DNA of 64,000 nt, taken from Cetorhinus maximus (Eukaryota). The notes under the pieces were generated by a model. That model was not told the DNA's origin, made no database searches, and worked only from the letters and a program-made list of their open reading frames with translations. Both the position numbers and the translations under genes were made by a program. The stretch covers positions 1,798,001 to 1,862,000 of the forward strand of contig NC_135888.1 in NCBI RefSeq assembly GCF_964194155.1. Direction: 5' to 3'. Shown one piece after another: positions 54,959 through 64,000 of this stretch (positions are counted from its first letter, which is position 1; every line of letters starts with the position of its first letter).

Positions 54959-57223
54959 TGTAACCAGTGATTCAAACCAACAAAGTCAAAAATTTACTGG
55001 AAAAGAAAATCAGAGATTAGACCATCATGTTAACAGAGGTTACAAGTGTGTTAAAAATACTAATACCCCAGCACCTTCCTGATATGTCAATAACTTGCTT
55101 CAACATTAAAAGGGCATTTATTATCTAGTAATTCCAATTCAATTTAACTCCACTTTATTATCTTTTTGGAAATTCATTTTGGGTAACTTTTTACTATTTT
55201 TTTTAGTTTTAAACTTGTGCTCCTTACCAGGCTCAGTTTAATAATTCAATTTTGCCAGGTTAAAAAGTGATTGCTGTTAGCAGCCAGCAATAATCTTTCA
55301 TATTAAAACTGAATAGCAGTGATAATATTTTCGTGTGGGAATTAGGGAGTTTCAGTGTTCACTATTTTAAAGTACTGTGTGTTGTAATTTACTATACCAA
55401 GTTGAGTCCTCTAAAGAGACTTGGAAAATATTGAAAACTACTGTAAATGTGCTAGTTTCCACAAACAGGATTGCAGAAGATTAAGACAAAAATGTGTTTG
55501 TTCATGCTTGCACATGCTCCATGTTTCAAATTTATCTTATAAATCATTTTCACTGTTAACTGATTGCAAAATAATAATAAAACTAAGTTTACATCTTTGC
55601 TCTCGATATATCACCCCTATAAACCACAATTTTGAATCAAAATGATTTCTGGAAGTGTTTCTCAATGCCCTCAATAAGAGATCCAATTAAGTTGCATTTC
55701 CTAGTGGCCAGAAGGTACTATGAACATACAAAGGAATCACAGAAAATTTATGACACAGGAGGTGGCCACTCGGCCTATAGTGTCCATATCATTGAAGAGA
55801 TTACCCAGCTTAACCCAATTTTTCTGCATGAAGTCTGCAGTCTTGCAAGCCACTGCTCTTCAAATAGACATCCAAGTACTTTTTAAATGTAATGTGAGTT
55901 TCTGCCTCCATCACCCTTTCAGGCCGGGAGTTCTTGGTCTCTACCACATTTTGGGTGAAATTTCCTCGTCTCTGCTCTAATCCTTCTCCCAATTACTTTA
56001 AATCTGGCTTTTCACTGCTCTGCCAAGGCAAACAGGTCATCCCTATTTACTCTCTAAAGTCCGTCATAATTTTATGCATTTCAATTAAGTCAGCTCTCAG
56101 CCTCCACTGTTCCAAGGAAAACAAGGCCAGCATATCCAATTTTTCTTCACAGCTAAAAATCTTCCAGTCCTGGCAAAATCCTAGTAAATAATGTGGTATA
56201 ATACACCAAAGTGTACAGCTAAATAACACTCATACCAACAGAACGTGCTTCAAATACAATATCTGTTCTTCAGCAAGCAGACTATTAAGCAGAATCCAAC
56301 ACAAGATTGATTGCTACAGATTGTAGAAAAGTTAACTATATATTGACCAACCGTTTAATCCAGATAAGGCATGCGGTTTTATAGGATCATGGCTTTTAGA
56401 AGAGATGCTGTGCAACCAAATTTTGCATTTGCTTGTTATGCTTCTGCAAGATTCCCAAAGGAAATGACAAACCTACCTGCCTAAAACACTGAGGTAAAGG
56501 TAAATAGAATAATGGCAATTGAAGTACAGCCCCTAGTTGCGGACTCATCTTTCCCATTCTGCTCTCACCTGAAAATGACATCCAATCAAAACACACCAAA
56601 ACTGGCATCTCCCTGACCAATGCCAGTCAACAGGACGTTTCTTTTTCTATCACAAATGTTTTAAAATGAAAGCATTAATATAGCTTACCCATCTCACAAG
56701 CAGGTCACCACAAAACCCTTGTGTAACGCTAAATAATTCAAAACACAAACTGGAGGCAGGATACTTGCCACTTAGTCGTTAATGCAACGTCCAATTCGAT
56801 ACGGCAACACGGGGTAGAGCTTCCAATCAGCTGCGTGGTTTTTTTTATATGCAATTCGTTCAAGATCAGCATAAAATTCTGCATTCGTTGTGTGAGCTAA
56901 GTGCAAGTTACATTCAGTGCAAGCTGATTTTCTGCAATCTTCTGCACTCGTTCAAAGCAACATCACATTAGAAGCTGGCTGCGCCCACCAAACTGACCAT
57001 GCCCCAGAATGAATCAATCACCACTGCAAGTTCCTGCTAATCCCAGCATTTGCAGGCCTTCAAGGAGGGTTTAAAAATTAAGCTTCCTTTTGGGTGCAAG
57101 GTCATTAGCAAACATGTTCTAAATTCTAAAAGCTTTTGAATGTATATTCTTTAAGTTTACTAAAAAACTGACTATTGTACCACAATGTAACTAGCAAATT
57201 TGCTCTGTATAGTTTTAAAAAGT

Positions 57224-59412
57224 ATTTTTTTTTTGAAAAATATACTTTATTCATAAAATATTTGGAAGAACATACCAAACCATTTCAAAATCACCATCAC
57301 AAAAGTACAATCAGGTTCAACTTTTACAACATGTATCACGAGGTGCATCAATACAATCAATGAATATTACAATCATTTGCAGACATTCATTTTGAGCTGT
57401 ACAGCCCGAAGGGCTCTAAACAGTTCCCAGCCCCTCGGTGCACTGTGGCAGAAAGGTCTTACACAGCGACCCTTCCCCAATGCGCCTTTGCGGCGGCTGC
57501 CCCAAGCTTTAGTGCGTCCCTCAGCACGTAGTCCTGGACTTTGGAATGTGCCAGTCTGCAACACTTGGTCGGGGACAACTCTTTGCACTGGAAGACCAAC
57601 AAGTTTCGGGCAGACCAAAGAGCGTCTTTCACCGAGTTGATGATCCTCCAGCTGCAGTTGATGTTTGTCTCGGTGTGTGTCCCTGGGAACAGCCCGTGGA
57701 GCACAGAGTCCTGTGTCACAGAACTGCTCAGGATGAACCTCGACAGAAACCACTGCATCTCTCTCCAGACCTTCTTTGCAAAGGCACAATCCACAAGGAG
57801 ATGAACAATGGTCTCCTCCCCACCACAGCCACCTCGAGGGCAACGTGCCGAGGGGGTGAGACTCCTGGCGTGTAGGAAGGATATGACGGGGAGGGCCTTT
57901 CTCACCACCAGCCAAGCTACGTCTTGGTGCTTGTTGGAAAGTTCTGGCGATGAGGCATTCTGCCAAATGACTTTGACAGTCTGCTCGGGGAACCATCCCA
58001 CAGGGTCCACCCTCTCCTTTTCCCGCAGGGCCTCTAAGACGTTACGTGCCGACCGCTGCCTGATGGACTTGTGGTCAATGGTGTTCCTTTGCATAAATTT
58101 TTTCACGAGGGACAGGTGGTACGGCACGGTCCAACTACTTGGAGCGTTCCGTAGCAGCATGGCCAGACCCATCCTTCGCAACACCGGGGACAGGTAGAAC
58201 CTCAGCACGTAGTGACACTTGGTGTCTGCGTACTGAGGGTCTACGCACCGCCTAATGCAGCCACTCACAAAGGTGGCCATCAGTATGAGGGCGATGTTGG
58301 GCACGTTTTTTTCCCCCTTTATCTAGAGGCTTGTACATCGCGTCCCTGCGGACACGATCCATTTTCAACTCCCAGATAAAGCGAAAGATGGCTCAGGTGA
58401 TCGCCACCATGCAGGATTGTGGAATGGGCCAGGCCTGCGCCACGTACAGCAACAGCGAGAGTGCCTCACACCTGATGACCAGGTTCTTACCCGCAATGGA
58501 GAGGCAGCGTCGCTCCCACATGCCCAGTTTCCTTTTCACCACAGACACTCGCTCCTTCCAGTTTCTAACGCATGCCCTGGTCCCTCCGAACCATATCCCC
58601 AGCACCTTCAGGCCGTTAGCCCTGACGGTGAAGGGGACAAAGGATCGGTCAGCCCAGTTCCCAAAGAACATGGCCTTGCTCTTCCCACGATTTACCTTGG
58701 CTCCCGAGGCCAGTTCGAACTGGTCGCAGATGTGGATCAGTCTGTGCACTGACAGTGGATCCGAGCAGAAGACGGCGACATCGTCCATGTACAGGGAGGC
58801 TTTGATCTGAGTGCCTCCACTGCCTGGGATCGTCACTCCTCTTATGCCCGGATCCTTCCTGATGGACTCAGCAAAGGGTTCTATGCAACACACGAAAAGA
58901 ACAGGCGAGAGAGGACAGCCCTGCCTGACTCCAGATTTAATCGGAAAGCTATCTGATTCCCACCCATTGATTGAGACTGCGCTACTGATGTTAGTGTAGA
59001 GCAGTTGGATCCAATTGCGAATTCCCTCCCCAAACCCCATTTTGGAGAGCACATCCACCATGTAGGTGTGCGATATTCTGTCAAAGGTCTTCTCCTGATC
59101 CAGGCTGATGAGGCAGGTGGTCCACCCCCCTGTCCTGCACATAGGCAATCGTATCCCTGAGCAGCGCGAGGCTGTCAGAGATCTTCCTGCCCGGCACAGT
59201 GCAGGTCTGGTCGGGGTGGATCACCAATTCCAGAGCGGATTTGACCCGATTGGCGATGACCTTGGACAGAATCTTATAGTCCATATTCAACAGTGAAATG
59301 GGTCACCGATTTCTAATTTCCTCCCTTTCCCCCTTGTGCTTGTAGATGAGGGTGATAATGCCTTTCCTCACGGATTCTGACATACTGCCGGCCAGGAGCA
59401 TACTCTTGTACA
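57224..59412 (-). mobile_element. 5'-truncated Tx1/L1-clade LINE with target-site duplication
   Basis: RT motifs GVRQGCPLSP and LYMDDV; C-terminal zinc finger CPRGGCGGEETIVHLLVDC; AATAAA plus poly(A) tail; 19-bp TSD CTGTATAGTTTTAAAAAGT at 57205-57223 and 59413-59431. Confidence 0.93.
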
Positions 59413-62400
59413 CTGTATAGTTTTAAAAAGTCACTTTCAGTCATTTAAAACAAGGTTACCCACAGATGGTGGATTGACACTGATTAAAAATGTTTATTTT
59501 CTGTGACAAACCCATTTCAACTGCACTAACTAAACTTTATCAAGTTATCCCTCTTAAATATAATCAAGGAATATTTTTTAAAGCAAAATTTGATTTTTTC
59601 AAAAAAGGGTGCCTAATTACATTGGTTCATGGCAGATTTTATATTTGGCAATATGCAAACAAGTTTTCACAGGTACTCAAATAAAAACACTGCTCAAAGT
59701 GGGCCCAAATGCCAATTGAACCCAAAGTGGATAATCTATTACATAGGTTACTTCATGACTATCAACTGTCCCAACTCACAAGAAAATCAACAGCACGTGT
59801 TAAATATGTGTGTATGATTTTAGTTTCACATTTTTGCTATGCCATTCATCCAAAGGTTTTCAGATAAACGGTGATGCATTTAGGTGAGAATAAATGATGC
59901 CAGCATCATTTGACCATTTATGATGACTGATAGGAGTTATGCAAAAATGAACACTTTATTCACAAAAACAAAAAAGATTTTGTCATCATTCTCCCCTCTG
60001 CCAGTTGGCACTTATGGACAGACTCAAACCTGGAACCATCTTGAACTTTCTGATCTTACCACACCAGGTGATGTATTTATTCTCAAAATCATTTATGTTT
60101 ATAGATGTTTTAGTCATTCAGTCCAGGTACACTATTACATGTGCAGAGTTCATGAAAGCACACTGAACAACAGCCACAGCTCTCCTACTATACAGGCATC
60201 ACTTGTGGCTTCAGACACCCAAAAGCTATTACACTTAATAAACATGTCCATATTTGTAAACGTTCAGTTAAGTCCTATATCTAGAATTACATATTCATAA
60301 TGGAAATATAGTAATGACTTTAGAATAGACATTGAATTACATCTCTGCTCCCTAGCCCAATTATTCCCCATCCTCTAACTAATTCATGGTATCATCCTTG
60401 GTTCAGTGGTTGCAAACTTGCAACTGAGTCAGAAGAGCATGGGTTTTAGCTCACTCCAGCGACTTGAATACATAATCCAGGCTGTCACTTTGGTGCAGTA
60501 CTGAAAGAGCACTGCAATGTCAGGGGTGTCATTTGGATAAAATGTTAATCTGAGATTGCCTCTGCTCTCAGAGGGAGATCTTTTGGCAGTATTCGAAGAG
60601 CAGAGAGTTCTTCCGCTATCCTAGCCAACATTATCCTTCAACTAAAATATGATCAATGTAGATTATCTGGTCATTTATGGCACTGTTGCTTGTAGGTCTT
60701 TGCTATGCATAAACTGACTGCCACAGTTCTTAATGACTAGGCTTTAAAAGTAATTAGTTTCTTTGCCAGTGCAAGCTCAACTATTTTAAATGTGAGATGA
60801 GAAGGTGTCAGAGAAACGATCATGTCTGGAGACTCAGGAAGATTCCTCTGTGCAGCTGCAGTGCCATTCAAGATATTGTGCATCAACTAAACGGCTGCTC
60901 AAGCTGGGGGGCTGTGCTTTCCAGACTTCACAGTGTTGGCCGCAAGGCTACTGAATGGCTAAAACATGCATGATAACTAAACTATCCACTTTGAAACAAG
61001 TGGAATGCAAACTATAAAATAAAGGAATAAAGTAGTTTGGTTTTTGAATTTCATTCTAATCCTTTTCTACAATTGTGCAGCTTCTAATAGAGGATTGCTT
61101 TTCAAGTGGAAGACTCTTATTAACTTCTGACTATTGCTCTGTCTGCAGCAGGCAAGGATCTGCCACTTCCCAGGATATCAAACAGGCTAAACAGATCAAA
61201 AACTTGACTGAAAATTATAAAGATGTTAGGACATATCGCTAATAAATGTATACAGTACTACATTACTACCATTTGAATAATTGCCAGTTTCAGAAGGTAC
61301 AGCAACACCTGGTCAATGTATACCAGTACAGTAACTTTGTTGTAAAAAACCTCACAGCAAAGTGTGGCATCAAAAGGAAGGATTAGCGTCTATCACTCAG
61401 TTATACAACCTCAGATGAGCAAACACTAACCTAACAATCCAACCTGTCCAAACACAAAACCATCTATACAGCTTTCCTCCAGTGTCAAGCATAACAAGTG
61501 CATTACTGATCTCAAACTGTAGTTTGCAACTAGTAATCTAATAACAGTGTATTACTGGTCAAAAAGTAACCTTTTTTTAAAAAGTCCACAAACGGCAAAC
61601 ATTTTAAAATCTTTTCCATAGTACCTGGTCAAAAAAACAAAAGCCATCCCATACCTGTTCTCAATTGCCACCACACTTGCTGTGGTAGCTCAGTGAAATC
61701 AGAAGCAAAGCAAGTAAGACTGAGGTAAACCCCTGACATTCAATCACAAAACAACCTGGTTAGGAGTCAACTGAATAACCACTTGAGAGATTAGCTAACC
61801 ATTTTTTTCAAATCTACAGAACTCTAATTGGAGCACCAATGACAAAAACACATGACTGTTCACATCCTATAAATAAAACATTTCCAGATTTTTTGTTTTG
61901 ATGGAAAATATTTAAATACAGATGTGCACACATCTGTAACAGATGCAGTGAATTGGACCATGAATAACACGATGCAAATCAATGGGCTAGAGCTTAATTT
62001 CAAACACTCAACACTTAAATACAGCCATAAACAAATGTTTTCTAAAAAAAAAACTTATCTTTACACAAAGCACCTGCAAACCTTTGTTGGGACTATAATG
62101 AAGGTGAACAATACAAAAAAAATTGAATAAATCTCAGCATACATTTCAGTGTTAATGTAAGTCTTGTTCCAAATGCTTAAACAGAAGATACAGTAAAACC
62201 AGATAACTAGGCAGACAATCAGCAAGCAGAAAACCTCATTTGCTCTCTATGTGTATAGTAATCCTAGAAGATAGGTTCATAATCTTTAACAGCCATCTTT
62301 ACAGCAGAGTCAATTCCATATCTAAATATGTACAGCAGAAATTCCTGATGTACACACTCGCCTTTAACTTCAGGAAATGATAGTATAGACACTGCCATTC

Positions 62401-64000
62401 TGTGCCCATCTTTATTGACCTACTGCATGTCAACAAAGCTGGAAGGCTAAGTGGGATGTCAAAAGGAAACATAAACATTCCTAAATGTAATCATTCTTCC
62501 AGCATTGGCAACAGCTTCATCTCTTTACCTGAAAACAAATGAGTTTCAGCAGTAAAGTGTACAGAGTACAGAAATGCATAGAATGAAATGATGATTTGGA
62601 ATACATTAAAAGATTGAAATTGTTATAGGCTTGGATTAAAGGCTGCACCATCATTTAAACCACCATGGGGTTAAATTCAAACTGTACACAACAGCTGGTG
62701 CAGTCGATTTTACCATTATTGGGAATGGGATTGAGGGACAATTTTACAGCTTAGCTGATATATTTCCATCAGCAGACTGATTATCCTAAAACCAGAACAC
62801 TCTAGATTTGCCATTTACTCTGAGAAACAACATGATTGCAATTATACCCAGGCAGGGGGAAAGACAGCTGTTCAGATAAATGGTTTGCAGGCCTAAAGTC
62901 ACAGAACAACTTTTTAAAAACATGCTATATGAAACTATAAGATGGGAGCAACACAAAAGAAACAAGATATGAAGGAAAACTCCAATTACATTTCTTAAGC
63001 TTGAAATTACAATGAAAGTTAGCAAACATATTAAATTCCTCTGTCCATTATTTTAACAGCAGCATTAACAAATTTTTATTTTAAAGATCAACGTTAGAGT
63101 ACTAGAGGAATTTCACATACACGCTAATTTTTTCACAGCATGTTTCAGCAGTCTGGTCTCCTCTCCTCACTGTCCCCAAAATGTTTTCTCCAAACCCCAC
63201 AAGGGCAGTGGTACAGTTCAACAAAAAAAATGACAGCGTTTTCAAAACACATCAGCATAGGATGCACTTGGAGGGAGATTATACTTTAATTTGTCAGAAT
63301 GAAATTAGGGGATAGCAGCATAATCCCTTCCATCAAGTAAACCATATCCTTTCACGAATGGGCAGGATTCCTGGCAAAATATTTCAATAACCCAAGTGAT
63401 CTCTTCCGGAAATTTACAGTGCAGTTGAACACAAAAGAATTGTAAACAGTTAAAACAATTAAAAAAAACACTATATAATCTACCTAAAAATCCTCATATT
63501 TATGAACTAGTGTTCCTCTTATTTAAACTAAGAGAATGATGGAACATTTAGAAATTATGCATTTATGCTGACAATTAGCACAGTGTTTTAGTGTAGGACA
63601 ACTTGTCAGTTCTAGGTTTGAAGGTAAACTGTGACCCTTGATCACCGATGATGTACATACAGGAGAACCTGGCAAAATAAGCTTTTAAATTAAAATAGTT
63701 ATTCCTTCTCAGTTGACAATTACAACCATAATCTTGTGTCATTTTAAAACAATAAAATGACAAATAGACAAAAATCCAAATTATCTAGAAAAATTGTGTA
63801 GAGGTTAAGTAACAAAAATCTCCAATTATAGAACATAACAGGGATACGCAGAAAAAAAAAATCGAAACACAAAATCTCTCTGGGAGTGTTGTTGAGGGTG
63901 TGCAACACTCTCAGGGTTTGGATGATATTCATCCAAACCCCATGTGTCTTGCAATCTTGTGATATGTTTAATGTTATTCTCTGTGCAATTGAGAAAAGGT

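Overview
Eukaryotic, intron-containing, repeat-rich vertebrate DNA. The repeat content (Deu-type SINEs, CR1/L2/Tx1 LINEs, Penelope fragments) suggests a cartilaginous fish, which is an inference. Four genes can be spliced by eye. (1) A minus-strand gene with 7 coding exons (13835->679) encodes a ~292-298 aa protein made only of four tandem MLLE/PABC domains, with no RRM or HECT. It lies head-to-head with (2) rpl28 (+ strand, 137 aa) across a CpG island. (3) A two-exon + strand gene (24897-32005) encodes a 111 aa protein with a signal peptide, coiled coil and hydrophobic C-terminal tail. (4) pdcl (phosducin-like, - strand, 297 aa). A decayed Gypsy-type LTR element (33067-39860, with TSD, PBS and PPT) carries a UACA-like coiled-coil sequence between a gag remnant and a pol tail. 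The rest is LINEs, SINEs, MITE-like repeats and a 33-bp minisatellite. All family assignments come from manual reading and recalled motifs, not database searches.
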